A model generated the notes under the pieces. That model was not told where the DNA came from. It saw only the letters and a list, made by a program, of their open reading frames with translations, and made no database searches. Of a stretch of 64,000 nt of DNA, positions 24,852 to 38,154 are shown piece by piece (positions within the stretch are counted from its first letter, which is position 1; each line of letters opens with the position of its first letter). The DNA comes from Sphyrna mokarran (taxonomy: Eukaryota), in contig JAGIQG010000009.1 in the NCBI GenBank assembly GCA_024679065.1, positions 111,414,001 to 111,478,000 on the forward strand, read 5' to 3'. The position numbers were made by a program, and so were the translations under genes.

Positions 24852-27037
24852 TGCCCCTCACAGTGCTGCCCCTCACAGTGTTTCCGTCACAGTGCTGTCC
24901 CTCACAGTGCTGCCCCTCACAGTGTTGTCCTTCATAGTGCTGTCCCTCAAAGTGTTGTCCCTCACAGTGCTGCCCCTCACACTGCTGCCCCTCACAGTGT
25001 TGTCCCTCACAGTGCTGTCCCTCAAAGTGCTGCCCCTCACAGTGCTGTCCCTCACAGTGCTGTCCCTCACAGTGTTGCCCCTCACAGTGCTGTCCCTCAC
25101 AGTGCTGTCCCTCACAGTGTTGTCCCTCACAGTGTTGTCCCTCACAGTGCTGTCCCTCACAGTGCTGCCCCTCACAGTGTTGTCCCTCACAGTGCTGTCC
25201 CTCACAGTGTTGCCCCTCACAGTGCTGTCCCTCACAGTGCTGTCCCTCACAGTGTTGCCCCTCACAGTGTTGTCCCTCACAGTGCTGTCCCTCACAGTGC
25301 TGTCCCTCACAGTGCTGCCCCTCACAGTGTTGTCCCTCACGTGCTGTCCTCACAGTGCTGTCCCTCACAGTGTTGTCCCTCACAGTGCTGCTCCTCACAG
25401 TGTTGTCCCTCACAGTGCTGTCCCTCACAGTGCTGTCCCTCACAGTGTTGTCCTCACAGTGCTGCTCCTCACGTGTTGTCCCTCACAGTGCTGTCCCTCA
25501 CAGTGCTTCCCTCACAGTGTTGTCCCTCACAGTGCTGTCCTCACAGTGTTGTCCCTCACAGTGCTGCTCCTCACAGTGTTGTCCCTCACAGTGCTGCTCC
25601 TCACAGTGTTGTCCCTCATAGTGTTGTCCCTCACAGTGCTGCCCCTCACAGTGTTGTCCCTCACAGTGCTGTCCCTCACAGTGTTGTCCCTCACAGTGCT
25701 GTCCCTCACAGTGCTGCCCCTCACAGTGTTGTCCCTCACAGTGCTGTCCCTCACAGTGCTGCCCCTCACAGTGCTGTCCCTCACAGTGCTGTCCCTCACA
25801 GTGTTGCCCCTCACAGTGCTGTCCCTCACAGTGCTGTCCCTCACAGTGTTGTCCCTCACAGTGTTGTCCCTCACAGTGCTGTCCCTCACAGTGCTGCCCC
25901 TCACAGTGTTGTCCCTCACAGTGCTGTCCCTCACAGTGTTGCCCCTCACAGTGCTGCTCCTCACAGTGTTGTCCCTCACAGTGCTGTCCCTCACAGTGCT
26001 GCTCCTCACAGTGTTGTCCCTCACAGTGTTGTCCCTCACAGTGCTGCCCCTCACAGTGCTGTCCCTCACAGTGCTGTCCCTCACAGTGCTGTCCTCACAG
26101 TGCTGCTCCTCACAGTGCTGTCCCTCACAGTGCTGTCCTCACAGTGCTGCTCCTCACAGTGTTGTCCCTCACAGTGCTGTCCCTCACAGTGTTGTCCCTC
26201 ACAGTGCTGTCCCTCACAGTGCTGCTCCTCACAGTGTTGTCCCTCACAGTGCTGCTCCTCACAGTGTTGTCCCTCATAGTGTTGTCCCTCACAGTGCTGC
26301 CCCTCACAGTGCTGTCCCTCACAGTGTTGCCCCTCACAGTGCTGCTCCTCACAGTGTTGTCCCTCACAGTGCTGTCCCTTACAGTGCTGCTCCTCACAGT
26401 GTTGTCCCTCACAGTGCTGTCCCTCACAGTGCTGTCCCTCACAGTGTTGTCCCTCACAGTGCTGTCCCTCACATGTTTGCCCTCACAGTGCTGCTCTCAC
26501 AGTGTTTGTCCCTCACAGTGCTGTCCCTCACAGCTGCTCCTCACAGTGTTGTCCCTCACAGTGTTGTCCCTCACAGTGCTGCCCCTCACAGTGCTGTCCC
26601 TCACAGTGTTGCCCCTCACAGTGCTGCTCCTCATAGTGTTGTCCCTCACAGTGCTGTCCCTCACAGTGCTGCTCCTCACAGTGTTGCCTCACAGTGCTGT
26701 CCCTCACAGTGCTGTCCCTCACAGTGTTGTCCCTCACAGTGCTGTCCCTCACAGTGCTGCTCCTCACAGTGCTGTCCTCACAGTGCTGTCCCTCACATTG
26801 CTGCTCCTCACAGTGTTGTCCCTCACAGTGCTGTCCTCACAGTGTTGTCCCTCACAGTGCTGCTCCTCACAGTGTTGTCCTCACAGTGCTGCCCTCAGTG
26901 TTGTCCCTCACAGTGCTGCTCCTCACAGTGCTGTCCCTCACAGTGTTGTCCCTCACAGTGTTGTCCCTCACAGTGCTGTCCCTCACAGTGCTGTCCCTCA
27001 CAGTGTTGTCCCTCACAGTGCTGTCCCTCACAGTGTT
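24852..27037. repeat. Tandem satellite, 15-bp unit CCTCACAGTGYTGYC, roughly 145 copies, in the V-C1 intron
   Basis: Direct periodicity; the 750-aa and other ORFs here are artefacts of it. Confidence 0.97.
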
Positions 27038-29080
27038 ACAGCAAAACAGTAGCTTGTGTCATGACTTCTTACTCTTCCATGGATCTGGGCATTGCTGACT
27101 GTGTCAGCATTCATCCCCCGCACCCTAATTGCCCCTTCAACTGAGAGGGAGCTGTAAAGGAACCACATTGCTGTCGGGTCTGGAGTCACATGTCGGCCAG
27201 ACCGGGTAAGGACGGCAGATTTCCTCCCGGATAGATTCATATGCTGCAGTTTTACTGCCACGCCTGCTCCAGAATCAAAATCAGAACAGAATTCTCCATT
27301 TGGCTCGGGATTTTTCGAGCCTTGACTGAGTGAGGTTATAAAACACCGGCCACAAGGATTTACAGCATGGAAAAGGCCCTTCGGCCCAGCTTGTACATGC
27401 CAACCAGTTTTCAGCCACTCAGCTAATCCCAATCGCCCCTGTTTGGCCCACATCCCTCTAGACCCATCTCACCCATGTAACTATCTAAATGCTTTTTAAA
27501 AGACAAAATTGTACCCGCCTCTGGCAGCTTGTTCCAGACACTCACCACCCTCTGTGAGAAAAAACTGCCCCTCTGGACTTTTTTGTAACTCTCCCCTCTC
27601 ACCTTAAACCTATGTCCTCTTGTTTTAGGCTCCCCTCACTTTGGAAAAGGATATTGACTGATCTGCGGCCTGCATTATTTTGTCGATCTATACGAGATCA
27701 GCCCTCAGCCTTCTCGGCTCCAGAGGAAAAAATCCCAGTCTGTCCAACTCCTCCTCATCACTCAAGCCACCCCAAACCTCGGTAGCATCCTAGTTGACTA
27801 TCTAGCTGATCTATGTCCCTCATTATTTTATAGACTGCTATAAAATTACTCTGGGTCAGTACGACAATTGATGATTTTTTTATTCCCATTGTCCTTGGGA
27901 CTAGTTCTATTGTGTCCAGAATTTATGAAGGGGATTTAAATTCCACCAGTGGCGGCGGTGAGATTTGAACCAGTGTCCCAGAGCTTTACTACCGAGCGCT
28001 GGATTACTATCCTACTGCGATTATCACCTCATCTCCCCATGTGTCAGATTGCTGTCAGGTTGTTGCTGAGTGGAGCTTGAACATAGAACAGAGAACACTA
28101 CAGCACAAACAGGCCCTTCGGCCCACAAGTTGCGCCGATCATATCCACACCTACCAGGCCATAGACCTATCTGTAACTCCCAATCCCTTTTAATCCCATG
28201 TACTCATCCAGAAGTCTTTTAAAAGACCCCAGCAAGTTCGCCTCCACCACCACCGACAGCAACCAATTCCATTCACTCACCACCCTTTGAGTGAAAATCC
28301 TACCCCTAACATCTCCTCTGTACTTGCTCCCCAGCACCTTAAACCTGCTTTTAATCTGCTGAAATTTCTTCAATCGAGAAAACCTGATTTTTTTTTGGTT
28401 CAAGTTATTTTTCAGTGTGCCTGGGATTTCTTGTAGAAGAGCTATCTTGGCGGGAATGAGTTCTGTATATATTCTTGGAGTGGAGATGCTGGTGTTGGAC
28501 TAGGGTAAACACAGCAAGAAGTCTCACAATGCCAGGTTAACAAGTTTATTTGATTTGAGTTGACTGTCAAATAAACTTGTTGGATTTTAACCTGGTGTTG
28601 TGAGACATCTTAGTAGGCTCTTGGAGTCAGTATTCCTTATCTGGGCATTGAAATGTAAATGTATTTAACGGGCCTCAGTGTGATGGTGTGTGAAATTACG
28701 GATGACATTATTCTGGCCCTATTCAATGGGCCAAATCCAACAGTAAAATTCAACTCATTGGCTGGGTATCAAGGAATGTTTGGAGTTTTAACTCTGCTAA
28801 CACAGAGAACTTAGTCAGAAGGACAGTGTGAAGAAATGGGGGACCAGACTCACAAGGAGAGGAGCAAAAAGGACTGATTGACGATAAAATCCTGGCTAGG
28901 TTTTAACTACAAGTCAAAATCAAACTCAAGTATCAGCTAGTGAGAATTTGGATGCTGTGTTGCAAGTATTTACTATAGCTACAGAATAAAGGAAAGTATT
29001 TAAAGTGGATGTTGATGCAGAGGTTCAGACACACATGTTTGGACAGGATATGTAATAGAGAGACGAGGCTGGAAACATAC

Positions 29081-29458
29081 CGGCTTTGACATTGAGGGTA
29101 ACTCCGCATCCACTCCAATCGGTGCTAATCGGGAAATAGGTGTTGGAGCTGCCACAGTAATATCTGGCGGAATCCTCCTTCCGAAGGCCCCGGATGGTCA
29201 GGGAGAATTTCTTACTGGTCCAGTCCTTTGTGCCGACGAACCGCTCAGTCACAACGGAAGGGTAGAGAGCGATGCTGGATCCCGGGGTCCAGTAAAGGAT
29301 CCAGGAGATCATCAGATCCCCCGGTTTGGCAGATCCCCAGACGAAGTAATGGTTATCCAAGGTCCTGGAGGTGAAGCAGTTCAGCGTCACTGTCTCGTTC
29401 TCCCAGTGAGTCAGGGATATGGGTGATATGTACAGAGTGTCGTCAGCGGCAACAAGAC
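29081..29458 (-). CDS. UrIg: Germline-joined V(J)-type Ig V-set domain exon of a UrIg-like non-rearranging antibody-like gene
   Basis: Acceptor tttgccacag|GT, donor G|gtatgt, 378 nt, phase 1-1. Protein has VTLNC (B-strand Cys), FVW..KPG (C-strand Trp), RF.G, FSLTIRGLRKEDSARYYC and a J-like WSGCGVTLNV in the same exon. The symbol is assigned from architecture only, not from an alignment. Confidence 0.9.
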
Positions 29459-29569
29459 CTGTGGCAAAATGCACGCCTTTCAGTACTCCTCATCAACAGG
29501 AGAGGGAAAAGCCTCGAGATCACAGGCAAGAAGGACAGTGTCTTTTAACACAGTGTTCTAAAATAAATC

Positions 29570-30316
29570 CATAGAATCCCTATAGTGCAGAAGGAGGCCG
29601 TTCAGCCCATTGAGTCTGTACCGCCTATCTGAAATAGCATCTTATCCAGGCTCAAACTGCCCCTTAACTCTGCACATTTAGCATGGCCAACCCACCCGTC
29701 CACACATCTTTGGACACTAAAGGACAATTTAGCATGGCCAATCCACCTAACCCGCACAACTTTGGACACTAAGGAGCAATTTAGCATGACCAATTCATTT
29801 AACTTGCACATCTTTGGACACTAAGGGCCAATTTAGCATGGCCAATTCATCTAACCTGCACATCTTTGGACACTAAGGGCCAATTTAGCATGGCCAATTC
29901 ATCTAACCTGCACATCTTTGGACACTAAGAGGCAATTTAGCATGGTCAATCCACCTAACCTGCACATTTTTGGACACTAAGGGGCAATTTATCTTGGCCA
30001 ATCCACCTAACCTGCACATTTTTGGACACTAAGCGGCAATTTAGCACAGCCAATCCCCCTAACAGCACATCTTTGGACACTAAGGAGCAATTTAGCATGA
30101 TCAATCCCCCTAACCTGCACATCTTTGGACACTAAGGGGCAATTTAGCATGGGCAATCCCCCTAACTGCACATCTTTGGACACTAAGGAGCAATTTAGCA
30201 TGGCCAATCCACCTAACTTGCACATCTTTGGACACTAAGGGACAATTTAGCACAGCCAATCCCCCTAACTGCACATCTTTGGACACTAAGGGCAATTTAG
30301 CATGGCCAATCCACCC
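29570..30316 (-). mobile_element. HE1/V-SINE-type element with a tandemly expanded 52-bp internal unit
   Basis: About 12 units of (ctttggacactaagggcaatttagcatggccaatccacctaacctgcacat). Similar expansions at 8210-8560, 39430-39800, 42780-43300, 54600-55100, 57350-57820 and 61780-62590. Confidence 0.85.
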
Positions 30317-31988
30317 TGAGTATTTTTCGTCAGTATTCACGCAGGAAAAAGACAATGTTGTCGGGGAGAATACTGCGATACCAGGTTGTAGACTGGGCAG
30401 GATTGAGGTTCGTAAGGAGGAGGTGTTAGCGAATCTTGAGGGTATGAAAATTGATAAGTCCCCTGGGCCAGATGAGATTTACCCCAGGATTCTCTGGGAG
30501 GCTAGAGAGGAGATTGCAGAGCCTTTGGCTTTGATCTTCATGTCGTCGTTAGCTACAGGTATAGTGCCGGAAGACTGGAGGATGGCAAATGTTGTCCCTT
30601 TGTTCAAAAAGGGGAGTAGGGACCATCCTGGAAATTATAGACCGGTGAGCCTGACTTCTGTTGTGGGCAAGGTCTTGGAAAGAATTATAAGGGATAGGAT
30701 TTATAAGCATCTAGAGAGAAATAAATTGATTAGGGATAGTCAGCACGGTTTTGTGAAGGGTAGGTCGTGCCTCACAAACCTTATTGAGTTTTTTGAGGAG
30801 GTGACCAAAGAGGTAGATAAGGGTAAGGCAGTTGATGTAGTGTATATGGATTTTAGCAAAGCGTTTGATAAGTTCCCCATGGTAGGCTACTGCAGAAAGT
30901 GCAGATGCATGGGATTGAAGGTGATTTAGCAGTTTGGATTAGGAATTGGCTAGCTGATAGAAGACAGAGGGTGGTGGTTGATGGGAAATATTCAACCTGG
31001 AGTGCAGTTACAAGTGGTGTACCTCAAGGATCTGTTTTGGGGCCACTGCTGTTTGTCATTTTTATAAATGACCTAGATGAGGGTGTAGAGGGTTGGATTA
31101 GTAAATTTGCTGACGATACCAAAGTGGGGGGAGCTGTAGACAGCGAGGATGGATGTTACAGTTTGCAGAGGGACATAGATAGGTTGCAGAGCTGGGCCGT
31201 GAGGTGGCAAATGGAATTCAATACGGATAAGTGTGAGGTGATTCACTTTGGTAGGAATAACAGGCATATGAAATATAGGGCTAATGGAAGGACCCTTAAT
31301 AGTGTTGTCGAGCAGAGGGATCTTGGGGTACAAGTACATAGCTCTTTGAAAGTTGGCACCCAGGTTGATAAAGTTGTTAAGAAGGCGTACGGTGTGTTAG
31401 CTTTTATTGGTAGAGGGATTGAATTTAGGAGCCGTGAGGTTATGTTACAACTGTACAAAACTCTGGTGCGGCCGCACTTGGAGTATTGCGTACAGTTCTG
31501 GTCGCCGCATTATAAGAAAGATGTGGAAGCATTGGAAAGGGTGCAGAGGAGGTTTACCAGGATGTTGCCTGGTATGGTGGGAAGGCCTTATGAGGAAAGG
31601 CTGAGGGACCTGAGGTTATTTTCATTAGAGAGAAGAAAGTTACGCGGTGACCTAATTGAGGCGTATAAGATGATCAAGGGATTGGATAGGGTGGATAGTG
31701 AGAGCCTTTTTCCTCGGATGGTGATGACCAACACGAGGGGACATAACTTTAAATTAAGAGGTGGTAGTTATAGGACGGATGTCAGAGGCAGGTTCTTTAC
31801 ACAGAGGGTGGTGAGGGCGTGGAATGCCCTGCCTGCAGCAGTTGTGGACTCGCCTACTTTGGGGACATTCAAATGTTTGGTGGATAGGCATATGGATGAT
31901 ATTGGAGTAGTTTAGGTTAGAGGGTCCACTGGCCGGCGCAACATCGAGGGCCGAAGGGCCTGTACTGCGCTGTAATGTTCTATGTTCT
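30317..31988 (+). mobile_element. Young 5'-truncated CR1 LINE (reverse transcriptase and C-terminus), one frameshift
   Basis: ORFs 30228-30929 and 30899-31915: KSPGPD, YRPVSLTS, QHGF, YMDFSKAFD, GVPQGSVLGPLLF, KFADDTK, RPHLEYCVQFW. One base is missing near 30872. The 3' tail is (tatgttc)n. Confidence 0.95.
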
Positions 31989-34900
31989 AACCTGCACATC
32001 TTTGGAGTGTGGAAGGAAACCTGACCACATTATGATGTGTGAAAGTGCTTTACAGCCAATGAAGACCCAGAAAGAGGCACGGGTTTCTGAAGCCAGAGTA
32101 GAAATTACCAAGTAAGACTTCAGAATCTTCAGATTACTCCTGAGCACTGCTAAGTGTGGGAATAGGCGGATGGAGCAGATGCAGGCTGGAGAACTGATAG
32201 AGGAGGGAAGGTTTTGATTCAAGGGATAACAGCACCTGTCCGCTGAGAGACAGAATCTGTCTAATTCAAGTGGGTTGCAGATAGATAAAGCCAAAAGAAT
32301 ATTCCCCGGTAAGGCCATTTGGTCGCATTACTGGACAGCAGTCCCACAAACCTGGCAGAGGTGTGAAAATCAGGAGGTAATATCGGGGGCAAAGACCCAG
32401 CCTCTCATCCGTTGACTCTGTCTACACTTCCCGCTGCCTCGGGGAAAAGCAGCCAGCAAAATCAAGGACCTCATGCACCCCAGACATTCTCTCTTCCACC
32501 TTCTTCCGTCGGGAAAAAGTGTGAGGTCACATTCAAACCAATTCAAGAACATCTTCTTCCCTGCTGCCATCCGACTTTTGAATGGACACACTTCGCATCG
32601 AGTTGATCTCTCTCTACACCCTAGCTATGACTGTAATAGTACATTCTGCACTTCTTACGTTCTCTGTGAATGGTATGCTTTGTATAGCGCGCAAAGAACA
32701 ATACTTTTTACTGTAGGCTGATGCATGTGATAATAATCGAACAAATCAGAATGTTGGGGGAGACAGAGAGCAGGAAGAGTGAGGTGGGGTTAGGTGGAGT
32801 GAAATACGATCGGAATGAGGTTTACCATCTGTGATGCAATCGCACAGACAGTGGGGAATAAGGTCAGTAAGTCGCATTCTCAAGGAGGCACGTGGAGATA
32901 AGGCGATGTGGTTATAATGGAGATCTGGTTATAAAGAAGGTCAGGACTATGAAATAACAAGGGGAGGAATGAGAGGCGGAGGGGTGGCACTGTTGATTAA
33001 GGAAAACTTTACACTCCTAATGAAGTCAAACATACGGAAGAGGGATTGGAATTGTCCCGTCCTGTCCGCCACGGGAATTGTAACAGGCCTGTGGGGGGGA
33101 AAACCACACAAAGGTCCATTGAACTTGGGCAGGATTTTCCGATCTTAGCGTAGTGGGAAAGTCCGCCCATAATCTCTCTGTTTCGAGTTAAGGAGCATCA
33201 GAGAGCCCATTATGTTTCTGGGTCTATTCAATAGGCTAGCAGGCAGTGAGTACGACAGAGAACAAATCCGCATGGACGTTACAGAATGAGCAAGAATTGT
33301 AGAGGGCTTACAATGGGGGGGACTTCATCGAATGTAGACTGGGACAGTAACAGTGTGACGGGCAGAGAGGAGCAAGACTTCCGGGGTTGAGTTCTTTCTA
33401 CATCTCTGTCATTTTAAAATGCTTTACCGGGATGTGGGTGTCACAAGCTGTCCCTAATTGCCCCTGGAGAAGGTGCCTTCATGAACCAATCCCTAAAGTG
33501 GACCTATGATCATATGGATGCAAATCAGGGAATAGGGGTCGGCCACTCAGCCCCGCAATCCCTGCTACATCATTCAATAAGACCCTGACTGCTCTCAACC
33601 CCACATTTCTGTCGATTCCCCCCATAACCTGTCACCCCCTTATTGTTCAACCCCCATATTTTTAAATAGTGACCCCCCCCCCCGTCCTGCTCCGGTTCTA
33701 GATTCTCCCAAAGGGAAAACATTCTCTCCATCTCCACCCTGTCAATAACCCCTCTTAGTATCTTATAGATTCCAATCAATCCGCCTCTTAGTCTTCCAAA
33801 CTCCAGCAGATACAAACCTAACCTCTCCAATCTCTACCCATAAAACATTCCATCCATTCCTGGGTGTCAGTTTGGTAAACTGTCTCTGAACTCATTCCTT
33901 AAATGTACATTGAAATCATTCCTTAAATATAAGGTCAGCACAGTGGCACAGTGGTTAGCACTGCTGCTTCACAGCACCAGGGACCTGGGGTTCAATTCTG
34001 GCCTTGGGTCACTGTCTGTGTGGAATTTGCCCATTCTCCCCATGTCTGCGTGGGTTTCCTCCAGGTGGTCTGGTTTCGTCCCAGAGTCTAAAGGTGCGCG
34101 GATTAGGTTGATTGGCCATGAAAGATTGACCCTAGTATTAGGAGGGATTGGCAGAGTAAGTGAGGGTGGCGGGGATGGAGTCTGGGTGGGATTGCAGTCG
34201 GTGCAGACTCGATGGGCCAAGTGGCCTCCTTCCACACTGTGGGGATTCTATGATTCTATAAAGGGGCAGCTGCTCTTGAGTTGAAGAGTCAGTCAAGAGG
34301 AGACATAGGTTCACAGTGAGGGGCAGGAGGTTTACAGGAGATGCGAGGAAAAACCTTCTTATCCAGAGGGTGGTGAAGGTCTGGAATGCCCTGCCTGGGA
34401 GCGTGGTAGAGGTGGGATGCCTCATGTCCCTTAAAAAATACCTGGATCAGCACTTGGCACATCATAACTCTCAGGGCTACGGGTCAAGTGTGGGCAGATG
34501 GGATTGGGTGGGAGGTGGGTATGGATTTGATGGGCCGAAGGGCCTCTTCTCTGTTGTGTGATTCTATACGGGACCAACACCCTACACAGTACTCCAGATA
34601 TAGCATCACTAATGCCCTTTACAAGTGAAGCACAACCTCTTCAGGTAATTATCCAACTCTCTTTGGAGAGATACACAATAGAATCTTTTGGGAAAAGTGT
34701 ATGAAAGCAGCAGCAAGGATTAGAGTCCAGATTCTAACTCATAGCAACGAGCCTCCAACTCCTTGATCTGGTTGGATCTGACTTCTTATGGTCACACGTA
34801 TTAGCGTTCATGCTGTTCATAGAGAAGGAAAGGAGAGGGTGCAGGATGTAGTGTTACAGTCACAGCGAGGGTGTAGAGAGAGATCAACTTAATACGAGGT

Positions 34901-36229
34901 AGGTCCATTCAAGAGTCTGATGGTTTTTGATTTGATATATTATTGTCACATTATTAGTACACAGTGAAAGTGCTGTTTCTTGCTTGCTATACAGACACAG
35001 CATACCATTCATAGAGAAGGAAAGGAGAGGCTGCAGAATGTGTTGTTACAGTGATAGCTAGGGTGTAGAGGAAGGTCAACTTAATGCAAGATAGGGGGTC
35101 CATTCAAAAGTCTGACGGCAGCAGGGAAGAAGCTGTTCTTGAGTACGTGACCTTAGACTTTAGTATCTTTTTCCCGAAGGTGGAGGAGAGAATGTCCGGG
35201 GTGCGTGGGGAGGTCTTTGATCATGCTTTGCGCCGAGGCAGCGGGAAGTGTAGACGGAGTCGATGGATGGGAGCTGCCTCTGAACGGCAGGAGGAGAATC
35301 GCCCCGATTTCCCTTGTCTCCGCGGAGACAGGCAGAGGGGGGAAAGGCAGGGAGGGTGGGGAAGGAGGGGGTGGAAAACAGTTTCGTACCAGCGAGCAAG
35401 AGCCAAGCTTGCCACATTTTCCGAGCCTGGAATCTGGGTGACGTGAGCTTCCTCTGCGAATGCCTTTCACTCCGCTGCCCGCTCTCTGGTTTGGATCTTA
35501 TGCCCATTGAGGGGCATCTGATTGCCTCGGACTCGCTGCGTGCCTGGGCTGGAAGTAAGACAGGAGACTGCTGAATGCTGAATGTTGTGTACGCTCCTAC
35601 CCCACCCTCCCCCGGCCCAGTGTGATCCACTGATTGCAAAAGCCTCCTGTATGGGTTAATCTTTCACTTATGAAGCACTGCATAAATAAGTCAATGTTAC
35701 CCCGCGCAGCAGGTGGAAAATTTCTTTCTGAAACCTGGCCCCTTCAGAAGAATGATATCCCGAGCAATGCGCTCCCCCACGGGAATCGGGCTGAATTTCG
35801 TGGCGCCTCTCTCGCCCCCAAACCATACAATCCCGCCCGAGGTCCTCCTCTCGCCCGCTGCGATTCCCGTGGTGGGACAAAGTGTTCGCTATGGGCCGTG
35901 TGATGTCAGGCACCATTTCTGATGCGACAGACCAGTCCGCAACTGCTCAAACAGCCACCTACGTTCTTCCAATGGAAATTGAGGAAGGCAATGTAATGCC
36001 ATTGAGACCCCAACTTACTGCTCCAATCCTATCAGCAGACAATAATACACCTTCAGAGTCAGGATTACAATGGGCAGAGAATCTGTTGTTCAATAGAGGA
36101 GTTTGTCAGAGCCGCTTTTTAAACTGCAGCTGAGACCAGAGTCTTAGTTTCATAGTTAACACTTCATTAACTGCAGGAACTGCCCGTATGAGTGAGCAGT
36201 AGAACCTTCTGGATATTGTTTCATCAGGG

Positions 36230-36670
36230 TTTGATTTGTTTTGGGTTTGATTTAATTTGATTTGAGTTGATTTGATTTTGATATGGTTGAAATTGATTTG
36301 GATTTGGATTTGGATTGGATTGGATTTTGATTCGATTTTGATTTGATCTTGATTTGGATTTGGATTTGGATTGGATTGGATTTTGATTTGATTTTGTTTT
36401 GATTTGATTTGATTTTGATTGGATTGGATTGGATTTTGATTCGATTTTGATTTGATCTTGATTTGGATTTGGATTTGGATTGGATTGGATTTTGATTCGA
36501 TTTTGATTTGATCTTGATTTGGATTTGGATTTGGATTGGATTGGATTTTGATTTGATTTTGTTTTGATTTGATTTGATTTTGATTGGATTGGATTGGATT
36601 TGGTTTGATTTTGATTGGATTGGAATGGATTGGATTTGGTTTGATTTCATTTGATTTGATTTGATTTATT
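36230..36670. repeat. (GATTT/GGATT)n microsatellite with higher-order blocks, expanded from the 3' tail of the adjacent LINE
   Basis: Directly abuts the 3' end of the minus-strand Rex1/Babar copy; shorter TTGAT tails end the other copies. Confidence 0.85.
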
Positions 36671-37455
36671 ATTGTTACATGTGTTGAGATACAATGAAAA
36701 GTATTATTTCTTGCACACTACACGGACAAAACATACCATTTATAAAGTACATAGGGGAGAAGGAAAAGAGGGAGTGCAGAATGTAGTGTTACAGTCATAT
36801 CTAAGGTGTAGAGAAACATCAGCTTAATATAAGGTAGATCCATTAAAAAATCTGACAGCAGCAGGGAAGAAGCTGTTTCTGAGTCGGTTGGTACATGACC
36901 TCAGATTTTTGTATCTCTTTTCCTGATGGAAGAAGGTGCAAGAGAGAATGTCCAGGGTGTGTGGGGTCCTTAACTATGCTGGCTGCTTTGCTGAGGCTGT
37001 AGGAAGTGTAGACAAAGTTAATGGATGGGAGGCTGGATGTGTGAAGGATTGGGCTATGTGCACAACTCTTTGTAGTTTCTTGTGGTTTTGGGCAGAGCAG
37101 GAGTCATTCCAAGCTGTGGTAGAACCAGAAAGAATGCTTTCTATGGTGCAACTGTAAAAGTTGGTAGGAGTTGTAATGGAATCACCAAATTTTCTTAGTC
37201 TTCTGAGAAAGTGTAGGCATGGGTGGGGCTTTCTTAACGAGAGTGTCAGCATGGGGATACTAGGACAGGTTGTTGGTGATCTGGACAGCTAGAAACCTGA
37301 AGCTCGCGACCTTTTCTCCTTCATCCCCGTTGATGCAGACAGTGGCATGTTCTCCTTTACACTTCCTGAAGCCGATGACAATCTCCTTCATATTGTCGAC
37401 ATTGAGGGAGAGATTATTGTGGCCACACCAGTTCACCAGATTCTCTGTCTCATTC
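36660..37455 (-). mobile_element. Rex1/Babar-type LINE 3' fragment
   Basis: LHFLRRLRKFG..TNFYSCTIESILSG..AW..SCSAQ..KKLQRVV. Related copies at 32395-32750(+), 34770-35280(-), 41545-42130(-), 43620-43870(-), 58220-58785(-). Confidence 0.8.
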
Positions 37456-38154
37456 TATCTCCAACTCTGCGTGGGGAATAGAAAATTCCACCCCGTGAGT
37501 GTAAAATTTTCTCCTTTGTTTGCAAATGCCTCCCCGGCCTTGCCTGTCCCTCCATCTGCCTTCCCATGTCTGTAATCTCTCCCAGCTCCATAACCCTGTG
37601 CACCCCTTCAAGTTTCCTGCATTCCCGATCTTAATTGCTTTCCCGCTGGCAGTTGTGCCTTCAGCTGCCTGGACCCAGGGATCTTCAATTCCATTCTTAA
37701 CCCCCGTCAGAACTCTCTCCCTGTGGAAAAAAAATCTCGGTCACTCTCTCTCTCTCCCTCCCTGTCTAAGCTCACCGACACCAAATATTCTTTGATAACG
37801 TGTCCGTGAGCTCTGAAGAAAACTGCTATCTAAACTAGAGCGACATAATGTGGAGCCTTTTCGATCATATTGATTTACCCACAACACTCAGTAGTTAAAA
37901 CAGAAGGAATATTCTCTAAGTGAGGGATCGAGGATAAGGGGGAATAGTTTTTAATCACAATCAGGCCGTTCAGTAGGAACTCCCTCTCGTCAAAGGTGCA
38001 TGTTGGGTGAGTGCTGTGGTGCTGTGCAAGGGATTTGAACCGGGGTCCCCAGAATGTTTCTGGATTAATAATCTAGCAATAATATCAGTGGGCCGTTGTC
38101 TGCCCTAGCCAGGTTACCGTGACAATACCATCATCTTCCCCAAAGCACCGATAC

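Noticed and set aside
24892-27144. 750-aa ORF and overlapping long ORFs
   Set aside because: Translation of the 15-bp satellite; open in several frames on both strands, with no domain content.
29549-29580. CACAGTG near the V exon as a recombination signal
   Set aside because: It is 5' of the V exon within the intron and has no nonamer at 12 or 23 bp spacing.
31980-32318. MALPGNILLALSIC... as the leader of the Ig-like gene
   Set aside because: No phase-1 GT donor at a leader-appropriate distance, and it lies in what looks like the antisense of a decayed CR1 5' region.
35955-36050. Small minus-strand segments ending in GTAAGT or GTAGGT donors as alternative leader exons
   Set aside because: One has the wrong phase or stops; the other (MALHCLPQFPLEE) is not signal-peptide-like.
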